This document shows positions 46,323 to 57,706 of a stretch of 64,000 nt of DNA, in pieces. The DNA comes from Perkinsela sp. CCAP 1560/9. Lineage: Eukaryota > Protista > Euglenozoa: Kinetoplastea. Location: NCBI GenBank assembly GCA_965644495.1, contig CBFFSA010000002.1, positions 1,054,001 through 1,118,000 of the forward strand, written 5' to 3'. A program made the position numbers and the translations under genes. Within the stretch, counting starts at the first letter, position 1. Each line of letters begins with the position of its first letter. Under the pieces are notes generated by a model that did no database searches, had not been told where the DNA came from, and worked only from the letters and a program-made list of their open reading frames with translations.

Positions 46323-48270
46323 GTCTAAAATTCGTAAAAGTTGTCCAATTTTGGAAAATAATAGCGCATTGGATAGCTCTCACAGAGTTATATGCTTTAG
46401 GATAGGTAGCTCCCGGGGTTTGGGGGGTACCCCCCTTTCATGTAAGGGTCAAAAACACATATTGCAATACTTTAGTGGTGTCAATAATTTCTTTAATTTG
46501 CATTGCAAAAGACAATTAGTAACCACAGTGCCCCCCGTTCCGACTAATAACAATTTCACAACGCTTCCTGAAACTCTTCAACGTTTTCTGAACCGTTGCA
46601 GAGTGGGTCTGTTTCAATTTAAGGAAAGACCCCTCAATAGCGGCTTCCAGTTGCTGTCGATTTCGGGGTCGAAGAAGATTTTTGTCTGTGTCCATCACAG
46701 ACCAGAAGATCGCTCCAGCTATCTACGCCGTAAACAAGGTCATACCCCTCGTCGATAAGCTTAAGAGCCACATCCAGGAACGCAGGGGTAACCACCGTCG
46801 AAACACGCTCTCGGGATGCCGTTAACATGTCACGGCACCCGCACCCTTATCTGTCATAGAAACTCGCACCCTTATCTGTCATAAATGCACCCTTATCTGT
46901 CATACTGCACCCTTATCTGTCATACTGCACCCTTATCTGTCATACTGCACCCTTATCTGTCATACTGCACCCCTATCTGTCATACTGCACCCTTATCTGT
47001 CATATAAGCCGCACCCTTATCTGTCACACTAAGGTGCACCCTTATCTGTCATAATGCACCCCTATCTGTCATAATGCACCCTTATCTGTCATAATGCACC
47101 CTTATCTGTCATATGCACCCTTATCTGTCATAATGCACCCTTATCTGTCATACTGCACCCTTATCTGCCATAATACATTTTTTGTTAATTTTCTGTGAAT
47201 GACGGTGGAAGGTAGAGTCAGCACACGCATCGATTCAACTCATCGGTCGCATATCGCATTGTTATATCTCTTTCATTCTTTTTCGCGTCCACAGCTCCGG
47301 TTTTTTCTCTCTTTATGATATCTAGACCTTGTCGTATCTGGGATTTCTGTGGTTTGTCTCGGTGTCGTCCAATACAACTGATCATCACCTAGGGCTTCGC
47401 AAATTGCTTCCCACGAACTCAGCGTCACACTTTGACGTGACTCATTGGCCCGGCCGACCCCTCCGTGCGTTCAGCCTCTCATATTCCCCAAAACAACTAC
47501 CACCTTCCCCCCATTTATCAGGGGTCGCTCGCGCGACACCCGCTAAATAGGGGGGGAAGGTGGTAGTTGTGGGATATGGAGGCCTCTCGCAACTCCGGGG
47601 CCTCACCGGAACCACAATTGAGGTTACCTATTTTTTACGTTAACTGTGTAGCAAAATTGTAAATTTTTGGAAGGGGTTGAAATTTTTTTTTAGGGGTCGA
47701 TTTTTTTTTAGGGGTTGAAATCTTTTTTAGGCCTTGAAATATTTTTTAAGGGGTCGACTTTTTTTAATCGGTTTATGACAGATAAGGGTGCGGCTTATAT
47801 GACAGATAAGGGTGCATTATGACAGATAAGGGTGCCGCGTTTATGACAGATAAGGGTGCGAGTGGGTACCCGTAAGGGTAAAACGTTCAACCCAACGTTT
47901 TACAGTGTACTCATGAACACCAAAGTGCTGTGCCGTAGCGGAGTATGATCCTGTGCGCTCGTATTCCGCCACCAAGAATGCGGTGGCTCTCTTTGACGGG
48001 GGCGGGGGAAGAATACGATCTATCGCTCAGTACTCCACGGGAAGTCCTCGAGCAAGCGCGCTTTTGGGGCATTTTCTAGTAAAAAATGTAATTTCTGCAA
48101 GGGAAAAAAGCGAAATATGGTATTAAAAAATATGTGCGTTAAAATTGCAGGATTTTAATGCGCCTAAAACATACAACTCTGTGAGAGCTATCCAATGCGC
48201 TATTATTTTCCAAAATTGGACAACTTTTACGAATTTTAGACCCCCCCCACCTTTAGACCCGCACCCCTGT
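46323..48270 (-). mobile_element. Internally deleted Tc1/mariner-like element
   Basis: ~70-nt inverted repeats at 46323-46395 and 48170-48241. HTH start MPQKR..TAQHFGVHEYTVKRWVERF; C-terminus RPRNRQQLEAAI..NGGHCGY. Relative at 57754-58050. Confidence 0.7.
46836..47864. mobile_element. Non-autonomous CACTA/CMC-like element
   Basis: CAC(C/T)CGCACCCTTATCTGTCATA termini, 2-bp GG duplication. About 16 left and 4 inverted right subterminal repeats of GCACCCTTATCTGTCATA. Confidence 0.75.
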
Positions 48271-48889
48271 AGAGGATCTTTAAATTGAATGAAGGGAATG
48301 ATGAAGGGGATGGTCGAGGGGATAACGAGCTCCGACTCTTATTTTCCAATTTTGACCGTAGAACTCCACGCAAAACCATTAGCCTAAAAGCAGAACAGAA
48401 AAACAATTGAAGTTTCGCTTTTAATTTAATAAATGTTTCATTTTGTTTAGAAAGGCGACAGATAACTAGGGGGGGGGTGGTCGACGAAAAAAAATATTCG
48501 AAGTGCCGAAAAGCGACAGATAACTAGGGGGTACAGTATTACATTTTGTTTACTTTTTTAACATTTTAAAATGAGTTGGAAATAGCGGGAACGTGCAGAT
48601 CCCGAAATTCTGAACGACAAAGTGGTGCATAAACCCCCATAGGCCCTCACGTGTAAAACAAAATGGGGGATGACTGATTCGTTGGGCGGAGTTTATTGTT
48701 GAATGTAATGCAAACAGATAGTGGCAGACGGTGGCAGATAAAACCATGCACTTCTGCAGTACATCCATTGGAAGTAACACAGGGATCATCAACTTTCATG
48801 TCGAAAAAACTCAAAAGTTTCTTTCGAAACGAATTTCTCTTTAATCCCTGTATCTGTGATGTGAACTGACAATTTGGAATGCTTCCGAC

Positions 48890-49451
48890 CCAATATACTG
48901 TGATCCAACTCCCCAAAGAGATTCTCATTGTCTCGCAAGCCTAACTCTCAAAAGTTTGCGGGGAGAGCCTCAAAGTGTACCTCTCCGCTAAATTGATTGT
49001 AATCGAGCCACAGCGCCTGTAGCTCACAAAGCAGAAAACGGAGCTCTACGGGACCGCTAAGCGAGTTGTGATGAGCACGGAACCATATGCATTTATAGGG
49101 TAAATTTTCCAGCGGAAGGCGTCCGGGTAGCCTATTGTCTGGGACGTAAATACCATTCACGGGGAGCGTAGCCAGATGTTCCCAACACAAAGAACCGCGC
49201 AAATCAAGGTATCCCCAGTTTATATCAAACGATTCTTCTTTTCTCTCAAAGGATATACCTTTCCACTCAGCAGCGGGCGTGTGCGTATTCCACGAAATAT
49301 CTGGGGTTTTGATATTTTTTTATGAATTTTTCGAGATCGTATTCCATCGGAACAGAATTGCCTCGTACCTTTTTCGGGCGCGTTTCCTCCATCAGTTTGA
49401 GAGTCACAGGCCTTGATTAAGCCCAGAGGGTATTGACGCGAGGGAATCCAT
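48890..49451 (-). pseudogene. LRR pseudogene
   Basis: KKVRGNSVPMEYDL..WNTHTPAAEWKG plus LRRs, with frameshifts and stops. Confidence 0.7.
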
Positions 49452-49536
49452 TCAATAAGATGGGTTCATCGATTCGAGACTGTAAACCAACCTGACTTAT
49501 TGAAGGAGATAAAAACCTTCATAAAACTCAAAGTAT

Positions 49537-49733
49537 AAACCATGCTAAAGTGGACGAGAGAGACACTAAAGGCACCTTTGGAAAACCACCACAAAACTGG
49601 AAAGGTATTTACCGTTAAAGATCCTTTTGTCACATCAGAATACCGTACTACAAACCGGGAGATACCGTTCCAGTTTTGTGGTGGTTTTCCAAAGGTGCCT
49701 TTAGTGTCTCTCTCGTCCACTTTAGCATGGGTT
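49537..49733. mobile_element. Foldback MITE with ~65-bp near-perfect arms
   Basis: CCATGCTAAAGTGGACGAGAGAGACAC... and its reverse complement. Confidence 0.75.
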
Positions 49734-51066
49734 ACTCCTCCTCTCATTGATTTTTATAAATATAAATTATAACAAAAAAGAAAATTTATATTTATAATTA
49801 TAATTATAAAAATCAATGAGAATGATTTCCAAAGATACCGGAGACCCGCCAGTAAGAGACCCCCGGTAAGAGGGATTGGCTCGGGAGGCTGGCTGGTTAG
49901 TGGAGCTGAGCGGGCGGGGGTTGTTGGACGGGTAAGGGTGGGTGAGCGGGGTGAGGGTGATTGGGAGGGTTGTGATGGCTGTGATACGAAGTTGTCTGGA
50001 CAGAAAATCAATGCACGCATGAGTAAAAGAGGTCTTCAACAGAGCGGGAAACCGAGTTAAACTCGCTTTCGAAGACGTGTGTGCGATAAATGTGACATAA
50101 CGGCTACTTGTAGAAGGGGGAGGAGCATTTAAACAAAACAACCCAGGCTAAAGTGGAAGACGGAGATACTCGTCCTTGCGCCTCCTCCTTCCTCTAAGGT
50201 CTTGAGCGTCACGAGGATGTATGGGATGTATAGGATCGGGGTCACGAGGATGTATGGGATGTAGTCACGAGAAAATACTGGTGACATACATAGGTACGCG
50301 ACTTGACAATAATTGCAGGGACTTTGGTTTCTGAAATCCCTTATCGCTCTGTCTTAGTCGGAATGTGGAGTGCTGGGCCCAGGTGCCACCTGGTCTTACC
50401 TCCGAACCAACCCCAAACGTTCGTGCTACATGACCCTCGATCAGTCAACAAACCTCTGTTGAACGGCCGAGCCGTCAAACGCCGATATGAAGCTCTATAG
50501 ACAAAAAAACATTTATTTTTGAGGCAATAAAAGGAATACTTTATTACACAGAAGAAAATATTTAAAATGTATTTCAAAACTCACCTGACACGAAATCAGG
50601 CCACAAATCGGGCACGACGAATTAACCTACGGTACTGAGGGAGTAGTATCTCCATCAATATTTTTAAGTATGTCCTAAAAGCTTTGTGAGAACAAAATTG
50701 GATTTATAAATTTCACAATTTTTATAATTTTTTTTCGAAAATTCTGTCTTGCCATTTATAAAAATCAATGAGAGACAGAGTATATAGCCATCGAAACATG
50801 CTCCCTATGACCCCTTACAGCTTCCCACGCGAGGAAGTCGTCGTCGCCGCGGCAAAAAGACAAGGATCCGCCTTCTGCCTTTTTGCCATGCGCCTCCTCC
50901 TTCCTCTAAGGCCTTGCGTGTCACACACTTCCAGGTAAAGTTTGGCCTTTGTAGGTGTATTACCGGAACAGGGTGGAGAAATATCGAATGAAACCAAAGC
51001 GTATACACTTATATCAGGCTCCAAACTCTAAAAAATCGGTCTAGGAGCTGATTTGGGAAAAATGCA

Positions 51067-51243
51067 ACTGTCCCCCCCGTTTAAGCGCACCTCGTTTTCC
51101 GTCAAAAGTGCGCTTAAACGGGGGGTCTGAATCAGCATATAAAAAAAAATTGGCACCGCTTCGCGGCGCCGCGATCTCCTCCTCAACTCTATGTGCGCTT
51201 AAACGGGGGGCGTCTGACCGGGTGCGCTTAAGGGGGGACAGTA
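51067..51243. mobile_element. MITE with GTGCGCTTAA repeats
   Basis: ACTGTCCCCCC..TTAAGCGCAC / GTGCGCTTAAGGGGGGACAGT ends. Confidence 0.55.
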
Positions 51244-51678
51244 TTTTTTCACTTTCACCCATAAATTTTCAGGTTTTGTTTTTCGAAATTTCAACAATTG
51301 TTATGATCGTATTCATTTATCCCAACGAACCCTAGCCCCTAACTCCGCGGCGGTACCAGTCTTGTACCGCGGCGGTACCAATCTTGTATTTCAAAAATTG
51401 CTATGATCACCCTGGTGGGGAGGGGGGGGCAGGGGGTACCCATCGGAATTGTTGAAAAACTAGTGATCTTGTCACTCAATTCGATTCATACGTCTTTGTA
51501 AACATTTTTTTCGAAAACTCACCTGAAACGATATCGGGCCACAAATCGGGCATGAAATCGGGCACGACGAATTAACCTACGGTAGCGAGGGAGTAGTATC
51601 TCCCTCAATAACTTATTTACTTATAGTAGCGGTTCTTGAGATGCCCCTTTCTAAGAGTTGACTGTATTTAATAGCATG

Positions 51679-52542
51679 TTAAACTGCCTCAGGTTCAATT
51701 ACGCGAATATCTGTTCCTGCTCGTTCGAAGTACACACCGGGAAGGAATGTCTTATCGAATTCTCCACGCAGATACGAGTTGTGAGAGACATCGATCCAAG
51801 TCAAGCCGACTGGGAGAGATTTAAAATATAAACAACCCTTAAAATTATTGTTGTCTAAAAATAAACTCTCCAAGGATGAAGGTAGATGACGAAAATCAGG
51901 CGTCCCACTAAATTCGTTCTCCCCTAAGCTTAGATTCGTCAACGTAGACGGCAAAAGGCTGAGATCCACCTCCCCCAAAAGATTATTACCCCGCAGTATT
52001 AGACGTTCCAATTCTCCGGGAAGAGCCGTGAGATCAACCGTGTTCTCGAAGTTATTCTTTTCCAAATAGATTCGCTTGAGATGAGAAGGTAAGTGACAAA
52101 GGTCGAGACTACCTGTAAAACGGTTGTGTGAGAGGTCAAGTAAGAGAAGGGTTTCGGGCAACGTGTCTAATTGTATGGAAGACGTCAAATTATTGTAAGC
52201 CACATCAAACGTGTGTACGGTTTCGGGAAGATACTTGAGCTGCAATGAGCCCTGTAATGACCCCCCAAGGTGAGCCCTCCAATTTATCTTTATCACATTT
52301 TGCTCCTTGTCATCACAGGATACACCCTGCCAGTTGCGTGCAGCTACCGATGTGGTCCATGTGACATGGGGATTGGTGATATTACGAATGAGACGCGCAA
52401 GATTGTACACTTGTGGCAACTGTGTCGACCGTATTTTACTTGAGCGAGTACCCTCAACACTTTCCTTTTCGAGAAAAGAGCCATCGCCTTGCTTTAGACG
52501 TTTAGTGGGAGGCTCTTGAACGTCAGACAGGTAAATTTTCAT
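51679..52542 (-). CDS. LRR family protein
   Basis: RSSKIRSTQLPQ motif, ~8 LRRs. Confidence 0.85.
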   Translation of the reverse strand: MKIYLSDVQEPPTKRLKQGDGSFLEKESVEGTRSSKIRSTQLPQVYNLARLIRNITNPHVTWTTSVAARNWQGVSCDDKEQNVIKINWRAHLGGSLQGSLQLKYLPETVHTFDVAYNNLTSSIQLDTLPETLLLLDLSHNRFTGSLDLCHLPSHLKRIYLEKNNFENTVDLTALPGELERLILRGNNLLGEVDLSLLPSTLTNLSLGENEFSGTPDFRHLPSSLESLFLDNNNFKGCLYFKSLPVGLTWIDVSHNSYLRGEFDKTFLPGVYFERAGTDIRVIEPEAV

Positions 52543-52739
52543 ATTAGCACAACTGAAAGCTAACAACGTTTAAAATGACAGAATTTATTTATTTTACTTC
52601 TTTCCGACAAAGTTTACCTAATTCGCGCGAAAAAATATTCACATTCTTAAACTTGCAATTCCGTTCAGCTAGACTTTATTTTTCTAAATTGATTCAAATC
52701 AGACAAATAAACTACCCTATTCAATTCTGATTTACTACG

Positions 52740-53354
52740 CTATGTAATTTTGATTCCAGTATTGGTTATAGGACGATAGGAAAGCTTTTTGGGAAGTTCA
52801 TCCAAGACCATTTCACCAAAAAGACCCGAATTGTCACGTAGAGCTAAAGTTATAAGATTAGGCGGGAGATGAGAAAAATTAACAAACCCACTGAGCAAGT
52901 TTTCCGAAAACAGCAGCTCGTGCATATTTTCCGGCAAATGGCACAAGTCAATTTCACCTTCGAATTTGTTGTATGATCCGTTTAATATATTCAAATCAAG
53001 CGGTAAATTCGAAAGATAAAGTGTTCCCTCCAGTTCATTCTTAAATACACTAAAAAACGTGAGAGTGTTCGGAAGTTCTTCCCATCGTACTTCACCCTTC
53101 AACCTCTTTTCCTGACAATCAAATCTTGTAATAGCCTCCCCAGAACAATGTACACATTCCCAAGAACAAGCGGGTTTGCTCTCGCTCCAGGAACGAAGGG
53201 GATTTTTAACGTTTTGAAGCATGCGAGAAAGTCGATATTCCTCTGGTAAAGACGCGCCACGTACCTTTGCTGCTCGCCTCGGTGCATCGTCTTTAGATTC
53301 TACGCTCCATGCGACACAAAAAGCAAAGAAGTAAAATTCTGCCCCAACATTCAT
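52740..53354 (-). CDS. LRR family protein (possible N-terminal hydrophobic segment)
   Basis: RRAAKVRGASLPEEY, Cys cap, LRRs. Confidence 0.85.
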   Translation of the reverse strand: MNVGAEFYFFAFCVAWSVESKDDAPRRAAKVRGASLPEEYRLSRMLQNVKNPLRSWSESKPACSWECVHCSGEAITRFDCQEKRLKGEVRWEELPNTLTFFSVFKNELEGTLYLSNLPLDLNILNGSYNKFEGEIDLCHLPENMHELLFSENLLSGFVNFSHLPPNLITLALRDNSGLFGEMVLDELPKKLSYRPITNTGIKIT

Positions 53355-53606
53355 CTCTGTAGTAACTGGTTCGATAGGATTGAAGGCAAATTTCAATGAG
53401 GCTAGGAAAAAGTGGTATTGTAGAGAAGTTAAAAAAATGAACGTTAGAACGCATTCTTCCTATCACGTTTGGTAATCGAACGTTTACAGGTAATATGATC
53501 AAATTCAGTGATTGTGATCTGATGTTCTAAGCCGTGTTAGAGGGAAGAGATCGTTTTTATGTACGAACTGTGTGTTGAAAGTGTAATTCGCAAAAAAAAG
53601 ATGTAA

Positions 53607-54560
53607 CTATTTTGAAGCATCGTCCACGGTAATTTTTGTTCCAGAAGTAGTAATCTTGTAAAGCTTAAGCGTATCTGGCAACTTCGATTTAATTATCACT
53701 CCACGAAGGTTTGCATTTCCGGACAATCTAAGATCTTCCAAGCCGTAGGAAATTTGTCCCAAGTCAAGAGTACCACGAAATTCATTGTCATTCAGGTAGA
53801 GCGCGTTGAGTGACTTAGGTAATCCACTCAAACACAATTCTCCAGAGAACTCATTGTTTCGAAGAGCGAGAAACCGAAGCATTCCCGGGAGCTGATCCAA
53901 ACACACGCTCCCAAAAAACGCATTGTAGCCCAGGTTCAGGCAACTAAGCTGCGCAGGAAGCGAAGTTAAATCCGGCATGCCTGTGAGACAATTCGACTGT
54001 AAGGCGAAAAGTTCCAATAATTTCGGAAGACTTGTCAAGCAGACCTCCCCGGTAAACTTATTGTTAAGAAGATACAAGAATTTCATACTTTCCGGCAGAC
54101 GCGTGAGATCGAGATTTCCACTAAACGAGTTGTGGCTAAGACTGAGTGTCTCCAACGGACGTGGTAAGTCCGTCAGACTTGCCGAACCACGCAGACCGTT
54201 CCCCTGTATTGTGCATTCCACAAGGGTACGTGGTAGGTAAGACATACGTAGCCTCCCACGTAAATATTGCCCCACCCAGGAGATTTTTTCAACTCTGCCA
54301 CTCTCGTTGCACTCGGCACCAAACCACTCACACGCCGGGGTGTCTCGAGTCCATCCCGCGTGGGGGTATGTGATGTCTCGGACAAACTCGGCGAGCTCAA
54401 ATTCTTGAGGTAAATTGGTGACTTTTGAGGCCCGATATCGGCCCCGAGACGCGACCTGCGACGACAGGTGATTCTGATGCTCTTTGGTTGAACCTTCCAG
54501 AGACTCGACGGCATCTTTGAAAAAGGCAACGTACGCCATTTTGATAGCCAAAACCATCAT
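53607..54560 (-). CDS. LRR family protein
   Basis: RASKVTNLPQEFEL, ~9 LRRs. Confidence 0.85.
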   Translation of the reverse strand: MMVLAIKMAYVAFFKDAVESLEGSTKEHQNHLSSQVASRGRYRASKVTNLPQEFELAEFVRDITYPHAGWTRDTPACEWFGAECNESGRVEKISWVGQYLRGRLRMSYLPRTLVECTIQGNGLRGSASLTDLPRPLETLSLSHNSFSGNLDLTRLPESMKFLYLLNNKFTGEVCLTSLPKLLELFALQSNCLTGMPDLTSLPAQLSCLNLGYNAFFGSVCLDQLPGMLRFLALRNNEFSGELCLSGLPKSLNALYLNDNEFRGTLDLGQISYGLEDLRLSGNANLRGVIIKSKLPDTLKLYKITTSGTKITVDDASK

Positions 54561-54868
54561 TTTGCTATCAAGCGAATGATAAAAAGGAATTGATTGTTTT
54601 TCGTTTTTAAGAATTGAAAAAGGTGTGGTATATTTCGTGGTTGTAACACCTTAACATAGCCCATAGATTGAGTCATATCAATTTGGTTTTATTCAGCTGA
54701 GCTGTGTTTTCAGGTAAACTAATTTCAAGTTTTGTTTTCTAAATTCCGAGCGCTCAGCTCCTTACTCGAATAAAAAGTCCTTAGTATCGGTTACTTGTAT
54801 CCTTAGTATGTGTATTACTTGCCAAACAATAGCTGTCTTGCAAAGTAGCAGCTTTTAAGCTTTACAAA

Positions 54869-55705
54869 TTATAGCTTAATCAAAGCGGGAAGCGTAGTGG
54901 GTGTAATCTTTGTAAAGTTGTTCGAAAATAACTTTAAACGTCCCAACTTTACAGGCAAGGTATCCAGCTGAATATGACCTGTAAAGCTATTATCCGACAG
55001 ATCTAAAGAATATAGTTGCTTGGGAAGTCTTAAAAGATTAATTTCGCCACTAAATTTATTACCATTGAGCCACAAATATTTTATTTTTGGTGGGAGCTGC
55101 GTCAAATTTACATGACCTTCAAGCATATTTTGAGAAAGATAGAGCCCTTCCATAGGAAGGGAAAGATGTGCTAGATCTATATCTCCCGATAGCTTGTTTC
55201 TCGAAAGTGCCAGACTTTGTAAAGCGCAAGGAAGCATCGTTAAGTCAATCGTACCAAAAAAGTTATTCGACGAGGCATAAAGGGATTTTGTAATGGAAGG
55301 CAATGAGGCGGTAGCAAACTCACCTTCAAACGAGTTGTCTTGAATCACAGCTTCTCCAAGCCCTGGAGGAAGAAGAGCGGTAGGGAAAGCACCAGAGAAA
55401 TAATTTTCTGCTGCGTCTAAGTAGGTAGCCGTTGACGGACAGTGTTCCCATACTAAAGTTCCTTTAAGTCCTTTATCGCGAAACCAGATATCAGTGATTT
55501 CCCCCTTTTCATTGCAGGTCACACAATTCCACGTGCATACAGGAGTTCCTTCTTTCCAATCTTCAGGCAGCTCGACTAATTTTGAAACAAAAAGGAGAAA
55601 TTGCATCTCTGGGGAGAGAATTGCCCCACGTACTTTACTAGCAGCGTTATATCGAGCTTGTAAAGGATCTACCGCGTCTGTAATCCGTGTTAATTTCAAA
55701 ATCAT
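54869..55705 (-). CDS. LRR family protein
   Basis: ASKVRGAILSPE, Cys cap, ~9 LRRs. Confidence 0.85.
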   Translation of the reverse strand: MILKLTRITDAVDPLQARYNAASKVRGAILSPEMQFLLFVSKLVELPEDWKEGTPVCTWNCVTCNEKGEITDIWFRDKGLKGTLVWEHCPSTATYLDAAENYFSGAFPTALLPPGLGEAVIQDNSFEGEFATASLPSITKSLYASSNNFFGTIDLTMLPCALQSLALSRNKLSGDIDLAHLSLPMEGLYLSQNMLEGHVNLTQLPPKIKYLWLNGNKFSGEINLLRLPKQLYSLDLSDNSFTGHIQLDTLPVKLGRLKLFSNNFTKITPTTLPALIKL

Positions 55706-56639
55706 GGGGAAATAAAATTGTATCGCTGAAATACTTTTGCGGTAGTCACGTTGTTTAAAGGTCTTTACTTTTTTGTGCAATATAGAATCACTCCTGCTGC
55801 GAAAGCAAAAGTGTACAGATATGCATCGTTACTTTTTCTGACTATGAAATCACTGATTATGATTCGCTAAACGAACCAAAAACGAATTTCGCTCTTTGTA
55901 TCTCCATTTTTTCATTGTCTTGACCAATACATACACCACGAACACAAAAACAACGTGTTTCCATGATTGGTGAATCACAAATAGATTTTCGTAATGATGA
56001 GTTTCCTATGGCTTGTGGTACGTCGAAAACGGTCTTCGCCACGAAGCAAAGCACCTTCTTATGAAGCGGAAGTTTTAAATAAGCATGCTTTTTTTTCGAT
56101 CTGCTTATCAGAACAATGCAAACACGATCAACACAAAAAACGAAACGTTATCTATTGCGAATTTCCTCTACTGCGGATTACGGGCCGATGAAAAAGTTAC
56201 TTTCTGAACAAGTTGCTTTCTGAAGAAAGTCACAAGACAAAAATGAGCTTGCCCAAGACATGATCCACTCCGTTCTTGTTACCGAGAAAGCTGTATTCCA
56301 GGTGAAACTGAACCAATGTTCGCACTTTTTTCAATGTGGTAAAATTTTTACCTGAACGTTTTATCGCTCCTTTCTTTTAGAGGGGTGGACCGCCAAAATC
56401 ACGATTCCTTGGCGCACCCGGCCGCACCCGCTAAAGCTAAGCTATTTCAATGGGCGAAAATACTTGGCAAATTTTTCGACACCTGAGCGTCCGTTTTGAG
56501 TCCGTATGGTCTGAACTTCTTTTGTGTTTTTGACATGTTGCTTTCCTTTTGTCACGAGGTCACAAGCCGAGGGGGAAGCAAACTTACCCCAGGAGAGTGA
56601 GCCTGTGAGGGATGAAGGGGTAAAGTATCGACAACAGGA

Positions 56640-56810
56640 AAAGTCCAGAAAATTCGCCCCAATCTAGACACGTATGTAGACGATATTAACTTGGCCTCCG
56701 AAAACCCGAATTCCATTGTGAAGGCCTTCGAGAGGCTACACACGCTGGTCACTTGGCTGCTCGCTGCTCAACTTGTCTACACACGCTGCTCACTCTTGAA
56801 CAAGCCTTAG
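56640..56810 (+). pseudogene. Possible reverse-transcriptase relic
   Basis: TYVDDINLASENPNSIVKAFERL resembles the non-LTR RT YxDD region; short. Confidence 0.3.
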
Positions 56811-57069
56811 TGTATGCCACTGACCATGAGCATTAGTACCATCTAACCGAGAAGCTACGAAGCGAGCTCGAGCCTATTATTCAATATGAAAAATGTGGCT
56901 CTGTTAAATGGAAAACTGCCCTGGCAAGGGCGAAAAAGCATAAAAGTTTTTCCGAGTTGTAATTCGTAGAGGAGTCAAACGTTCCTTTTCCAGCATATGA
57001 ACCCCTCCGCACCAATAAGGCACCCACCCTTAACTTTTCAGCCAAATGTCCGTTTGGGCTGATTTTTGT

Positions 57070-57520
57070 TGCATTTTGCAGATCTCAACATAAAGACTTT
57101 GCGCGTGAAGAAATGAGACAAAAAGAAACGAATATGTATATTTTAGAGAGAGATTACCATTTTGTCACCTTTTCTCCGTTACTCGCCACACAAGCTTTGA
57201 GGCGAGCATCGAAGCTCAAAACCGAATCATAAATATAACCTTGAGACAATTTACGCCAAGCTTTACGTACGCTTTTTATGAGATCTTCTTTATTTGTCGG
57301 ATTGTATTCATCTACAAGACTTTGTACCATGCTCCACACGTTTTCTATTGGTGAGAGATCGGGGGAGTTAGGCGGCCAATTTTTCAATAATTTCATTTTG
57401 TTGTCGTCAAGGTACGCTTCTGTTTCCTTCGCAGTGTGAGGTGTTGCCCCATTTTGCTGAAAAATACAGTTTGGGGTGAATGATACTTTTTTTAATGTTT
57501 TAATGTACGAAACACATGTA
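57070..57520 (-). mobile_element. Tc1/mariner transposase 3' relic
   Basis: FQQNGATPHTA..WPPNSPDLSPIENVW..NGEKVTKW. Confidence 0.85.
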
Positions 57521-57524
57521 AAAA

Positions 57525-57706
57525 ACGCATGTATGTGTGCACACGTCGGGCACAGCCGGTGGGAGGGGGAGGGTGGTTCGAACTCCGAGCCACAGTATGC
57601 ACAGAACAATAGACCCTTGAGGGGGAGTTCTGCCATGGGGGGAGAGATTAAAGAAGGAAAGGACAAAATAAGTCAACAAGGTACAGAAACCATATCTTTA
57701 TCGTTA
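57525..57706 (-). pseudogene. SL-capped mRNA 5' fragment encoding an RPA12-like Zn ribbon
   Basis: TAACGATAAAGATATGGTTTCTGTACCTTGTTG, 37-nt UTR, ATG at 57636: MAELPLKGLLFCAYCGSEFEPPSPSHRLCPTCAH. Product identity is tentative. Confidence 0.7.

Noticed and set aside
46840-47172. CRISPR-like repeat array
   Set aside because: The repeats are adjacent with 0-6 nt between them and no unique spacers. They are mirrored at 47775-47860 as transposon subterminal repeats.
57154-57666. A 170-aa Zn-finger transposase gene
   Set aside because: Chance in-frame chimera of an mRNA fragment and a Tc1 3' relic.
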